A stretch of 64,000 nucleotides of DNA, taken from the NCBI GenBank assembly GCA_024679065.1, contig JAGIQG010000040.1, positions 10,354,001 through 10,418,000 on the forward strand, read 5' to 3'. Shown one piece after another: positions 1-12,769 of the stretch. Within the stretch, counting starts at the first letter, position 1, and each line of letters opens with the position of its first letter. Source of the DNA: Sphyrna mokarran (lineage: Eukaryota). The notes under the pieces were generated by a model. It saw nothing but the letters and a program-made list of their open reading frames with translations. It ran no database searches and was not told the origin of the DNA. The translations under genes were made by a program, and so were the position numbers.

Positions 1-125
1 TGTTTAATTTTCTCTAAGTTTGTCAGAAGCGGTTTGCATTTTGATTCTGATCACTGTCGTTAATATATTTAAAACAGGTAGTTACCTTCAGGTTATATTG
101 GAAGTTGCTGAATTCTCTCACAAGC

Positions 126-164
126 TGTTCTTGTCCGGGTCCGGCCCAGATTTCTCTCGCTGTG
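126..164 (-). other. Recombination signal sequence (23-bp spacer) of the VH segment
   Basis: Minus strand directly after ...TGT GCA AGA GAC: heptamer CACAGCG (164-158), 23-bp spacer AGAGAAATCTGGGCCGGACCCGG, nonamer ACAAGAACA (134-126). Consensus is CACAGTG/ACAAAAACC. Confidence 0.93.
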
Positions 165-469
165 GTCTCTTGCACAGTAATAGACGGCGGTGTCTTCGAT
201 CTTTAGTCCCGTAATGTGCAAAGCGAAGATATTATTTGAAAGGTCTTTGGATGGAGGAAATCGGCCCTGAATCCCTGGGGCGTAATTATTGCTCGATGAA
301 CTTTTGTACTCTAGGAGCCATTCGAGCCCCTGTCCGGGAACCTGCCGGATCCATTGCAGCCAGTCACTGTCAAGATTGAAGCCGCTAGTTTTACAGGTCA
401 GTTTCAGGGAGCCTCCGGGACGCCCGGTCTCTGCCTCTGGCTGGGTCAACACAATCTCCGACTGGACAC
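165..469 (-). CDS. IGHV: Immunoglobulin heavy-chain variable segment (shark IgM-type VH), V exon, germline unrearranged
   Basis: Acceptor tttttacag, then (G)[30 protein letters not shown]...[13 protein letters not shown]...[11 protein letters not shown]. Both Cys and the FR2 Trp are present, the frame is open, and an RSS follows. The [14 protein letters not shown] motif is typical of shark IgM VH. Confidence 0.95.
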
Positions 470-599
470 CTGTAAAAATATATCAAAAACCCAAAGGGTT
501 ATTCGCGATGCATTGATTTCTGATTCTGAAACATTCCAGAGATAAACTGACACTGAGATAGTAACAGTGAGAGATTTCGTCAATAAATAAACTACTCAC

Positions 600-645
600 C
601 AAATAAGAAACTCAACAACAAACTGAGAGAAATCACCGACCTCAT
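600..645 (-). CDS. IGHV: VH leader (signal peptide) exon MRSVISLSLLLSFLFG
   Basis: ATG at 645, 15 mostly hydrophobic codons plus G, donor GTGAGT at 599; 130-bp phase-1 intron joins in frame to the V exon. Confidence 0.92.
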
Positions 646-732
646 CTTTCTGGTGAGTTGGGGGAAATGGTTGTGTCAGGAACTCAGTGAACAAACCAAC
701 TCCCAGACTGTTGGATTCCGGTCCCAGTGAGC

Positions 733-819
733 GGTATTTAAATACCCGGCAGAAGGGGGCGGCTTTCCAGGCGCCGCCTGTTGATTCCCTGCTGGAGGCG
801 GCGCCTGGATCCACGTCCC
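733..819 (-). promoter_or_regulatory. VH promoter: TATA-like TTTAAATA within a perfect 14-bp palindrome, plus GC-rich inverted repeat
   Basis: GGTATTTAAATACC at 733-746, ~90 bp upstream of the leader ATG; inverted repeat 766-779/796-809; no ATGCAAAT octamer seen nearby. Confidence 0.7.
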
Positions 820-3511
820 ACCTTCCACACCCCCAACAGAATGGACTCCGAGATTTACAATATGTTTGTTTGGCTCCATTATCAATGATGATGATATTAC
901 AGTTCAGCATTCCTTTATTTAAAAATCTAATTCCATTATAAGTATAGTGATGTTATTACCACGCACCTAACAAGAAGACGGATCTAAATATGACTAAACA
1001 ACATTTTCAGAAAAGTAAAAAGACTGTCAGTCAGTTTTGCAACATTTGCTGGTCTCTGTCACATTACAATAATAAAGCAACACTTAACAAATGAATTGTT
1101 ATCGATTTCTGTAACTAAATGCGGGGGATGAACAAAGTGATTCGATTTGCTATCACTGTACATTTTGGGTTTGGAGATGAGAAGAAACTCACACACAATA
1201 CAATGTTTCTCCTTATATTTGTCAAACTGCCCCAATCTCGAAGTCAGTTCTTTAAAAATAACACGACTCCCGCCCTCCTGTTAATTAAATAGTGAAATGA
1301 CAGAGAAACATGAAATTAAATCGGCATTTGACAGAGAAGTTAATGAACCGGAACGGGCACTGACATCATTAAAGTTCTCCTTCAGCATCTAAATCATTGC
1401 AGCTCACTCTATTGGCCAAGGGTTGTCTAACATTCGCTGGTATTGTGAACATAGGATATCAGAACTTTGTGGCACATTGCACTGTATCACAAGACTTAAT
1501 GTTTTATTTTCCATTGAATCAGGTTATGAGCTGATCATTTCTCCACTCATTGGCAACTATGAGAAGAACTCTTCAATAACAGAAATCCGATTAGACTGTA
1601 CAATAGAACACGGTGTAAATCAGGGATAAGAGACCCTTGTGTTTAAATGGGGTGCAGAACTTTCACAATATTACAGGAACCCCACTGTTCATGTCAGTTT
1701 CATGATGTTCTAATATCATTTCGATACATTTTTGCATCGCTCTGATCTCAATTGGCAGAATTGGGAGAATCAACATCTCTCACATTTCATGAAGTCGTTA
1801 ATAAACAGAATTTCATTACTGGAAGGGCAATTACTTGAAGGTTATACAAATGGAAAAAAAATCCCATCACTTTATTGTTTTGCGATACTATTTATTCACA
1901 TAATAAACAGGACATTGAATGGAAATATTTGATTAGAATGATTACGATTTAAAATGTGTCTTTCTTCTGGGAACGAAACATTAATTGTTCAAATAGCTGA
2001 ATCCCATTTTGTCTATTCAGGTTCACGCTAATCTGTCCCACACAGTATTTGGCAACAATCCAGACTGCTGTCAAATACTCAAAGTTATTGACAGGAAGCA
2101 TCTGGGGGTGTTTGTGCAGTAGATCAAAGACCTGTTTCCTCAGTACTGACCGCTTGGCTGCAAGCCAACCTAAAACCTTTCACGTTATCAATGAGATCTA
2201 TTTATAAACAAATCTACCCAGAAACAATGCTGGAGACACTTTAATTTTTAAAAGTTGTAAATCTAGATGATTTTTTCCATCTCTATAGAAAGGAAAGTAA
2301 TGCAGCTTCTCTAGCACCCTGTTAGCAACAAGAATGACTTTCCCAACACATGAGGATATTGTGATGGATGGATAGAAAGAATTAAAGGCAAACTGAGAGA
2401 TGTCTCAGAGAGACGATACATGAACATGTATGTTTGTATTTTCTTTCCATTTACCTTTTCATGGGCTGTTTGGTTGGAAAGACCAGCACTTTTTGCCTGT
2501 CCCAAATTCCCTTGAACTGACTGATTTTCTAGGCCACTACTGAATATATTAAAGAGTCAGTTATTTCGCTGTCCGCCTGGCATTTTTGTGTAGCGATGAC
2601 AGATTTCCTCCATTGGGAAATCAGAGAAGTTCCAATAGTCCCCATTAGTATCCGTTTCCGATTTATTAATTTAATTCAAATACCACCAGCTGTAATGCTC
2701 CGATTTAAATCCCTGTTCTTACACCATCGCCCTGGGCCTCTGGGTTATTGAATTAATTAAGTTAATATGAAGTCACAATCTACGCAAATAATAAATGTAT
2801 TACTGTGTTGGTGCAGGAATGAATGACATTTGAATGAATGACGTTTGGATGAATGACAATTTAATGCCTGAATATTTTGATTGAGGAATCAATGAATGGA
2901 TTCTTAGAAGCTGTAATAAATGGCATTGAAAAATGCTCTTCTACATTCCCATATTTGTGCTTGATTATTACATAAATTGAATCAGCTCTTTATTCCATTT
3001 CTGTCAGCCTAATAACTTCAATTCTTCCAGAGTGTCTGAGTGAAATCCATCCTGAGTTTATCGGGAATTAGCAAGCTGATGCTTATGGAGAGAAGAACGA
3101 GACATTCCTCCAGCTCAGATAGTTCATTTCTCTGCTGATTCTGAACTTTCATATCCAAGATAAAAAGACTGAAGATGACTAGTTTGAGGAGGGAGGATTG
3201 TAATATTTGAAATATGTGTGTTTTTTCTCACACACAGAAAATCACTCAACATGCCCTCACCCAAAATAGTGAAGGTAACAGGGTGAAAAAGAAACAAGGT
3301 AGCAACAGAAATATTGTAAGACTCACTGGACAATTACAGATGTTGCATTACTTCCCAGAACGTCTGATAGTACCTGTGAAGACAGAATACTGACAACGTC
3401 GGGAGTCTGGGTGACGCTTCAGCAGAGTATTCCTGATGCGGTGTTAAGCTCGTCATTGTTTCTGACAAGGTGTCAGTGAAGATGCATAACTTTTCTGTTT
3501 AAGTAGTTACT

Positions 3512-4360
3512 ACAAAGAACAAAACAAAGAACAAAGAACAACACAGCACGGGAAACAGGCCCTTCGGCCCAACGAGCCCGCGCCGCCATCCTAACATCTT
3601 AATGACATATAGAGACCAATATAGGGACAATTTGTTACCCAATCAGCCTAAGAGCACATTTTTGGGATGTGGGAGGAAACCGGAGCACCCGGAGAAAACC
3701 CACGCAACCACGGGGAGAACGCGCAAACTTCCGCAGACACAGGCCCAAATCCATGTGTCTGCACAGCAACAGCGATAGTCTCTGAGCTGTCATGTTGCCC
3801 ATCTGATGGTCCAGTTTACGCATACACTAACGACATGAAGCACTAGGCCACTCCTGAAGTAACATCCAGGAGCAGCCCTCGCACGACCTGCCGAATGCAT
3901 GCACCTTGTTGGTCAACAAGGTGGACCGAACAGCATGTGGAAACAATTAAAGTATTTAAACAGTCCTCCTATATCCCTCTATCTGCAGACCGCTCATGTG
4001 GCTGTCCAAGAGACCCTTAAACAACCCTAGCGTGCCTGCTCCCACCACCTTACTCGGTAGTGCATTCCACACACCCACTACCCTTTGTGTGAAAAAATGC
4101 CCTCTAATATTAGTCTTATACATAGCCCCCCTCACCCTAAGGCCGTGACCCCTCGTTCTATCCGATTCTAATGGTGGAAAAAGCTTACCATCATTTACTC
4201 TATCTATACCCCTCATAATCTTATATACCTCTAATAGATTCCCTCTCAGCCGACGTCTTTCAAGGGAAAACAACCCCAGTGCGTTCAACCTTTCCTCGTA
4301 AGACAGCCCTTCCATACCAGGCAGCATCCTGGTAAATCTCCTCTGCACTCTCTCCAGGGA
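3512..4360 (-). mobile_element. CR1 LINE, 5'-truncated (ORF2 C-terminus + long 3' UTR with embedded V-SINE)
   Basis: ORF 3956-4375 [14 protein letters not shown]...LFSLERRRLRG...FFTQRVVGVWNALP; tail of TTCTTTG-type repeats. Confidence 0.9.
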
Positions 4361-4520
4361 CTCCTCGAGCCACACACAAGTTACATCAATTACATACCGA
4401 TCCCAAATATCATAATCAACTTCTCCATTCTAACTAACCTTATCAACGTTTCAATCACTATCTATATCCGAAAGGAAAACTTCCAAATCTCTATCCACCC
4501 TCATCATTTCCAAATTTAAA

Positions 4521-6972
4521 CATAGACCATAGAAGACTACAGCACAAACAGGCCCTTCGGCCCACAAGTTGTGCCGAACACATCAAAACCTACCCAGCCA
4601 TAGACCTATCTATAAACCCCAATCCCATTGGATCCCATATACTCATCCAGAAGTCTTTTAAAAGACCCCAGCGAGTTCGCCTCGACCACCACCGACGGCA
4701 GCCGATTCCATTCACTCACCACCCTCTGAGTGAAAAACTTTCCCCCAGCGTCCCCTCTGTACTACTTCCCTGCACCTTAAATCTGTGCCCTCTCGTCGCG
4801 ACCATTTCAGCCCTGGGAAATAGTCTCTGAGAGTCCACCCTATCTATTCCTCTCAACATCTTGTAAACCTCTATCAGGTCGCCTTTCAACCTTCGTCTCT
4901 CCAGGGAGAACAGTCCCAGCTCCCTCAACCTGTCTTCATAAGGCATGCCTCCCAATCCAGGCAACATCCTTGTAAATCTCCTCTGCACCCTTTCAATAGC
5001 TTCCACGTCCTTCCTATAGTGAGGCGACCAGAACTGCACACAGTACTCCAAGTGTGGTCTGACAATGGTCCTATAAAGCTGCAGCATTACCTCCTGACTC
5101 CTGAACTCAATCCCTCGATGAATGAAGGCCAATACACCGTAAGCTTTCTTAACCACATCCTCCACCTGGGAGGCCGATTTGAGAGTCTTATGGACCAGGA
5201 CCCCAAGATCTCTCTGCTCCTCCACACAGCAAAGACTCCTATCTTTGATAGTGTACTCATTCATCCCGTTGGATCTGCCAAAATGGACCACAACACATTT
5301 ATCTGCGTTGAAGTCCATCTGCCACTTCTCCGCCCAGTCTTGCATCCTGTCGATGTCATACTGCAACTTCTGACATCCCTCCAGACCATCCACAACACCA
5401 TCGACCTTCGTGTCATCGGCGAACTTACTCACCCATCCCTCCACTTCCTCATCCAAGTCATTTATGAAAATGACAAACAGCAAGGGTCCCAGAACAGATC
5501 CCTGGGGCACTCCACTGGTGACCGACCTCCATGCAGAAAAACAGCCATCCACAACCACCCTCTGCCTTCTGCAGGCAAGCCAGTTCTGGATCCACAAGGC
5601 CAAAGTCCCTTGGATCACATGGCCTCTCACCTTCTCAAGAAGTCTTGCATGTGGGACCTTGTCAAATGCCTTGCTGAAGTCCATGTACACCACGTCCACT
5701 GCTCTTCCTTTGTCAATGTGTTCAGTTACATTTTCGAAGAACTCAATTAAAATCGTAAGGCACGACCTGCCTTTTACAAAACCATGTTGACTATTTCTAA
5801 TCAACCTAAACTTCTCCAAATCCTCATAAATCTTGTCCCTCAGAAGCCTCTCCATCAGCTTACCAACCACTGAGGTCAGACTCACTGGTCGGTAATTTCC
5901 AGGACTATCCCTGTTCCCTTTCTTGAAAATAGGGACCACATCCGCAATCCCCCAATCCTCCGGAACCTCTCCTGTCTCCATCGACGATGCAAAGATCATC
6001 GCCAGGGGCTCTGCAATGACATCCCTCACCTCCCACAACAACCTGGGGTACATCCCATCTGGTCCCGGAGACTTGTCTATCTTGATAGCATTTAAAAGTT
6101 CTAACACATCCGCTTCCTTAATATCTACATACTCAATCTTTTCAGTCTGCCGCAAACTTGTAGCGCATCCTCCCAGATCACTTTCCATCGTGAATACTGA
6201 GGCAAAGTACTCATTAAGCACCTCTGCCATTTCTTCCGGTTCCATACAGACTTTTCCCCCTTCACCTTTTATAGGTCCTATCCCTTCTCTTCTCATCCTT
6301 TTACTTTTCACATATTTGTAGAAGGCCTTGGGATTCTCCTTAATCCTACCAGCCAAGACCTTCTCATGACCCCTTCTGGCTCTCCTAATTTCCTTTTTAA
6401 GCTCTCTTCTATAAGCCTTATACTTCTCTAGATCCCCAACATCTCCTAGCTCTTTGAACCTTTTATACACCTTTCTTTTCTTCCTGACTATGTTCACCAC
6501 AGCCTTCGTGCACCACGGTTCCCGCGTCCTACCAAAACCTCCTTGTCTCACCGGAATGTTGTCGTGCAAAGCTCCAGACAAGCATTCCTTGAATATCTGC
6601 CACCTTCCTTCTGTGCTTTTCCCCAAGAACACCTCCTTCCAGTTTATTCGCCCCAACATCTGCCTGATGTCTTCATATTTCCCCTTATTCCAGACAAACA
6701 CCTTCCTAGCCTGCCTGATCCTATCCTTTTCCAATGCAAGGGTGAAGGAGATAGAATTATGATCTCCATCCCCAAGATGCTCTCCTACCGAGAGATCCAT
6801 CACCTGTCCTGGTTCATTAGCTAGTACCAGGTCCAGTACAGCCTCTCCTCTCGTAGGCTTGTCCACGTGCTGTGTCAGGAAACCCTCCTGAACACACCTA
6901 ACAAACTCCTCCCCATCCAAACCCCTTACCCTTGGGATATTCCAGTCGATGTTTGGGAAATTGAAGTCTCCT
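4521..6972 (-). mobile_element. Young CR1 LINE, 5'-truncated, with a 764-codon open ORF2 segment (end of AP endonuclease + reverse transcriptase)
   Basis: GDFNFP, LDLVLAN, GDGDH, KSPGPDG, YRPVSLTS, DFSKAFDKV, GVPQGSVLGP, KFADDTK motifs; frameshift near the C-terminus; TCTATG tail at ~4521. Confidence 0.95.
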
Positions 6973-7199
6973 GAAACATCCTCTTCAAATTTCTCCAAAT
7001 ATACAACCAAAGATCTTCCTGATTCAAAACTTTGGCTCTATTCTCTCTACACAGATGTAAGACCTGTTGAGATTTTCCAGATTTTGTTTCAGTTTCCAGT
7101 TTCCAGAATCTGCAATATAGTGTTTTTTTTTCCAAAATGCTGAATATAATTGGTGAAATAATTGTTTATCTGAATGAATTGATGAGAATCAGTGAATTG

Positions 7200-7690
7200 G
7201 AACAACTCTGCCTGGAAATTCCCCACCAAGCCATTCATCAACCTGACTTAACGCATATACTATCATTATATCTTATCATTCCTACACTGTCGCTGTGTCA
7301 GAAACCATGAGCACCCTCCCTAACAGCACTGTGGGTGTATCTATATTGCAGGCTTTGCAGCAGTTCAAGAAGGTGACTCATCACTACTGCAGTTAATGGT
7401 AATCAGGGGGAAAACAGTCCATCGGCTGGAACACAAAGGAAGATGGCTTTGGTTGTTAATGGTCAATCATCTCAGTCACAGAGTTTTGTGGGAATTCTTC
7501 AGCTTAGTGACCTAGCCCCAAGCTTCATCCATCATCAAAATTCATATGTGGGATGTTCATTGAGGACTGAACAAAGTTCAACACCAGTTCGGACTCCTCA
7601 GGTGTTGACACAGTCTGCCTCCATTTCAAGCAAGACTGAGAAAACATTCAGTCTTGGGCTAATGAGTGGCAAGTAACATTAATGATGTAC
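7200..7690. mobile_element. Old degenerate non-LTR retrotransposon fragments (same family also at ~8660-9190, 18290-19010, 21440-23100, 50570-50720)
   Basis: Recurrent degenerate motifs such as tggcaagtaacatt, aactccctcc..aacagcactgt and ttcaagaagg..gctcaccacc in all listed copies. Confidence 0.55.
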
Positions 7691-7774
7691 AGATGCCCGC
7701 GTTTGACTGGGATAAACTCAGTAAGAGTTCCGGTAACATCAAGTTTAAATCCAACCGGTTTATTTGATAGTAAA

Positions 7775-7812
7775 CTTACAAGCTTTCGACCCTATGGTCT
7801 TCATCAGGTGAA
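7775..7812 (-). ncRNA. Minimal type I hammerhead ribozyme (Penelope-associated)
   Basis: ttcac-CTGATGA-a-GACC-atag-GGTC-GAAA-gctt-gtaag: conserved core boxes, stem II and palindromic AGCT stem III. Confidence 0.75.
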
Positions 7813-8569
7813 TGAGGGGGTCTGGTCTCCAACAGCACATGTAACAGCACAGACAGTTACAGATTACTGATTAGAATGCGAATCTTTACACCCAACCTGC
7901 TATTCAAGTCTTAAAGTGGCTAACAATATGAGTGGAAGGAGCACTGAGCACAGGTTAGAGAGATATGCATTGTCTCCAGACAGCACAGTAAGTGAGGTTT
8001 TTTGCTAACCCAGGCAAGTCATGGCGGATACAGATAGTGTGACATGAAGCCAAGATTCCTGTTAGGACCATCCTCATGTGTGCGCAACTTGGCTATCAGT
8101 CTCTGCTGGTATATTGGGGAGACTATGCAGACACTACGACAGCGGATGAATGAACACCTCTCGACAATCACCAGACAAATCTGTTCCCTTCCTTCTGTCG
8201 AACACTTCAGTGGTCACAGGCGTTCGACCTCTGACCTTCAGGTAAACGTTCTTCAAGGGGGCAGAGCTGTTGAGCAGAGATTGATAGCCAAGTTCCACAC
8301 ACATGAGGACGGTCTTAACAAGGATCTTGGTTTCATGTCACACTATCTGTAACCCCCATGACTTGCCTGGGTTAGCAAAAAAGCCTCACTTGCTGTGCTG
8401 ACTGGAGACAATACACATCTCTTTAACCTGTGCTCAGTGCTGCTTCCACTCACATTGTTAGCCACTTTAAGACTTGAATAGCGGGTTAAGTGTAAAGATT
8501 CACATTCTAATCAGTAATCTGTAAACAGTCTGTCCTGGTATGTGTGCTGTTGGAGACCAGAACACCTCA

Positions 8570-8607
8570 TTCACCTGACGAAGACAATAGGGTCGAAAGC
8601 TTGTAAG
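8570..8607 (+). ncRNA. Minimal type I hammerhead ribozyme (Penelope-associated)
   Basis: ttcac-CTGACGA-a-gacaatagggtc-GAAA-gctt-gtaag. Confidence 0.7.
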
Positions 8608-9204
8608 TATAATATCAAATAAATCAGTTGGATTTAAACCTGGTGTTGTCAGACCTCTTACTGAAGTAACATTAATGACATACAAGTGGCAGGTAATGAC
8701 CCTTCCAATAAGGGAGATTCCAACGATTTCCCCTTGACACTAAGTAGCATTATTATTGCAGAATCCTCACTGTCAACATCCTGGGCTTGAATATCTGAAC
8801 TGGAACAGGCATTTAAATCATGTGGCTACAAGAGCAGATCAGATGCCAGGAGTTCTGCTGTGAACAGCTCACTTTCTGAATTCCCAACTCCTATCCATCA
8901 TCTACAAGACCTACGTGAAGAATATGAACAAAGAACAAAGGACAATCCAGCACATGAACAGGCCTTTCTGTGCACCAAGTCTCTTGTAACATAAACGATT
9001 GAATATTCTCTACTTGGCCGACTTGTGCTACTCAGAAATCTCAACACTACCCTGGAAAAAGTAGCTGTCTCGAAGAATACCCTATTCACCAGCTTTCCAA
9101 AGCCTGTCACCACATTCTCAAAGGAAATTAGGATATAGCAAAAAAAGTTGACTTTGCCAGTGAAGCCAAAATCTCATGAAATAAGAAGGTTAGGGGAGGA
9201 AAAA

Positions 9205-9495
9205 AAAACAGGACATGGGTTAAGGACGAAAGGAGAAACGTTTAAAGAGACTATTTGGAGGGGGGGGGGTGCTTTCTTCACGCAGAGTGTGGTGGGAGTG
9301 TGGAATGAGCTGCCGGATAAAGTGATAAATGTGGAATCACTTTTAAATTTTGAGAAAAACTTGGATGGGTTCATGGATTAGAGGGGTATGGAGGGAAATT
9401 GTTCAAGTGCAGGTCAGTGGAACAAGGCAAAAAAAATGATTCGGTACAGACAAGAAGGGCCAGAAGGCCTGATTCTGAGCTTTAACTTTCTACTT
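9205..9495 (+). mobile_element. CR1 3'-end fragment
   Basis: GHGLR...FFTQSVVGVWNELP and CR1-type tail aagggccagaaggcctg. Confidence 0.8.
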
Positions 9496-11289
9496 CTTTT
9501 TTCTCATTTTAAACGTATAATATTTCGCATATATTCAACTCATTTCTGACTTTTTGTTACACTAGGCTCTGCCTGGGTCACATTCCAGGAGTTCCTATCT
9601 AAATTTTCTTTTCCTTCACTCGGCTCAATTTCAGGTATTCATACATGAAGTAACGACCCTGTTAATATTATAATTTCTAAGTTATGACCACACTTAGCCA
9701 TGTCTCTTCTAATCTGACAAGAGGTTGTATCTTAATTCTTACAGCCTCAGAACATTTACCACTCCATACTGAACTGGATATACAATCTTCATGCGTAACA
9801 CATGGTTCTTCCACAGTTGCTTTGCTAATAGTTCATTAGATTTTAATAACTTAAGTCATGTCTAAGTTAATGCCGCACCATCGTTGTGTTTCATTATTTA
9901 AGACAACGCCATATCTCAGTTTTATTACACTTTGCAATACCTTCTCATTGCTGCATTGTCCGAATCTCAGTATGTCTCAGTCTAGGTCCAGAATGAATAA
10001 TTATTATGAATAAGTAGACTCTGTCTTAGTTTATATCAGTCGGGATACTGTATCAGTAGTTATCATTAACACACTGGACTCTGTCTCAGATTAAACCTGT
10101 CTCAATCCAGTATCAGTCATTATTACTAACGCACTTGTCTCCATCTCAGCTCATATAAATCTAGGTCTAGTATCATTAATTAGTCGACGATGTCTCCGTT
10201 GATGTCACACAAGCTCCTATATCAGTAAAACTGCAGAATACACCGTTTCAGTTTTCTCTTCCTTGACAATGTCATTTTTAAAAATGTTTCTTTCATGGGG
10301 TGTGAGGATCATTGGAATCAGATACCTGACCACCCCAACACCCGGCACTCGGCACTAACTCATTTCTATTTTGTTGTATCAGGCCCATGTTTATATTAAA
10401 TTACAGTCTGGCTCTGTTAGTACTCTGCTAGATCAGAACTCAGTTTATATTGCTCTCTAGACATTCTCTCTGGATATGTAATATTCGATACTGACCCTGT
10501 ATATACTGCAGTAGAATATGTCAGTGTTATTCCTGCACTTAGTGGAGACTCTATTTGAATTATGTCTCTGTTATTACACAGTTCTGCGAGAAGAAGAGGT
10601 AATATGTTGGGATAAACATATTGCTATCAGGCAGGATCCAGAATCCGGCAGCACTGGGTCGACCGTATTTGATTGGTGCAATCATGGAGGCCGACGGGCC
10701 TTTTCCTGTGCTGTAATTGTCTTTGATTTTTGGTGTTTTTTGACAGTGCATTCTACACAGGGATTGGTATCCATTTTCAGTGCAGTCAGCAGAAGTAGAT
10801 TTCAGGCATTCCTTCTTCTTTTCCAGTGCCCAGAATCTCTCAGAGTTTGCACTTGCAGAAGGAAGCAGAGAATTATGTAATTTCAGCCAGTTTTATCATT
10901 ATTAGCCTTGACCAGTGTAATAAAAACTGAGGCCGAGTCCAATGCAATATAAACGTGGACATGGTCAAATGCAGAAATCAGGCTGCATCTAGTTTGATAC
11001 AAACAGAGAGAGATCTAAATTAATATAAACAGAGACAACATCTCGCTTTATATAAACAGAAACGGAGTGACGTACAACATAGACAGGGACAGCCTATAAC
11101 TTAGTATAAACAGATAAAAGATTCAGTTTTATATGAGTAGAGACAGTCAATATAAAATTTTATGTGCAATATGAAAAGAGTTAGAGTCTAGTGCAAAATA
11201 AACAAAGACATGGCCTCATAAAATATGGTAACACAGGGCAAATTTACTATAATATAAGGAGAATTTCAATTCTCATGAAATTTGCAGAG

Positions 11290-11900
11290 AAGGCCTATTG
11301 TCCCATCAAAAACTTCCAGGACAGGAGTGACATGGTGTTTGCTGCAGAATGCAAAGTTCTCTCTGCATTGCCAAATTAAACATTCTTAAGGCAGAAATAG
11401 CATGAATTAGATACAAAATGAATCTCCCTCTACAAATCAAACATTGCAAGAATAGTATACTGTCTAGAAACAGAGTGAAACTCCCTCTACAACGTCTGCT
11501 CAAACAAAATAAAGGCAGAAAGAGAATGGATTCTCTTCTACGTAAAACCACTCCTGCACTCTTCCTTTAGATATTCAGTAGGCAGGTGCTAGGTACAGGG
11601 GAAAGATTGTCTACACCGTTCCATAAAATACACCCAGGACAGGTACAGCAGAGATTAGATACGGATTAAATCTTGATATCGACAAAGTCATATCAAACAT
11701 TCAAGAGGTGGGTATAGTGAGTTTAAATGCAGAGTAAATATTCCTCGACACTGTCCAGTCAAATACTCCAAGGATAGGGGCAATACCGGCTAAATGTAGG
11801 AAAGATCCTTGGTGCTGCCACATCGAATCCTTATCGCGAGCTACAGCTGAGGTTAGATGCAGAAGAAAATGTAGCAAGAATTTCAATTCATAGAATGTTC
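11290..11900. repeat. Degenerate ~65-70-bp tandem repeat (paralogous copy at ~24940-25220)
   Basis: Recurrent ctccctctac...tcaaac...ccaggacagg..cagca..g.ttagatac units. Confidence 0.55.
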
Positions 11901-12769
11901 CAGAGATTTTTTTAGAGCAAATCTCATTCACCCATCCCAATTTATTGCATTACATTTTTTAAGAAGCTATAACTCTGGCTGAAAAAATATATTGGACAGA
12001 CATTGACTTTATGCTGTGGAGTGAAGACCATAAGCCGTCGTGGAGAGACAAGGCGCAGAACCAGATAGGAGAAAGACAGAGAAAGATGAAACTCGGGAAA
12101 TTCCCACATACACATTTGCCATATTATTGTATTTCGGGATCAGACGGGTTATTTCCTAATTTTGAACATAGACATCATACAATGTTTTTTCCTCACATAA
12201 CAACTGAATAAATAATGTTGAAAAACAATCATTACTGGAATCTGTTGATTGATTTGCATGGTTGTCTCTATTTCTGTGCTGCGTTGGTGGGGAAATATTT
12301 GTTGTGTTTTTGTCAGTCAACAATCTAATCTAGAATTTCTATTTTTGTATTTATTGACATAAATATCTCACTGTTTACAATGAAATGTGCATGACAGCAA
12401 AACCAGTTAAACCGTCATTTATTGATCAGTTTCAATTCAAAATAGTGGATTATTTTAAGAAAATTAACAGTTGGTTGAAAATGAATGGAAACTTTTTCAA
12501 CATTCATTACACTAGTTGCATTTAATTTAAAAAATGATACATTCCATTTCAGAATTAGTTCTGAAAGTTCTGATGTCACAATTAATAAAACAACCACGAA
12601 CAGGCAGATATTCCACTGGATGTTAATTTGATTGAGAATTTAATCTGTTTAAACTGGACAAGTTAAATTAAAAAAAAATCTGACTGAAGTATTCCTGTCA
12701 CAAATAGTGATCCCACTCACACGACAGAAGAATAAAAAATCCAATATGGTTATCACTAAGAGATACAAT

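Larger units (their letters stand above)
7718..8664. mobile_element. Penelope-like element remnant (GIY-YIG C-terminus) in inverted-repeat configuration
   Basis: ORF 8044-8352 YIGETMQTLRQRMNEH...EQRLIAKFHTHEDGLNKDLGFMSHY; ~390-bp arms 7718-8107 and 8273-8664 are reverse complements. Confidence 0.88.

Noticed and set aside
31-58. RSS-like GACAGTG-12bp-ATGCAAACC on minus strand downstream of VH
   Set aside because: The essential CAC of the heptamer is absent and the nonamer is poor; cannot call a D segment.
5019-6824. Plus-strand ORFs overlapping the CR1
   Set aside because: Antisense shadows of the RT ORF.
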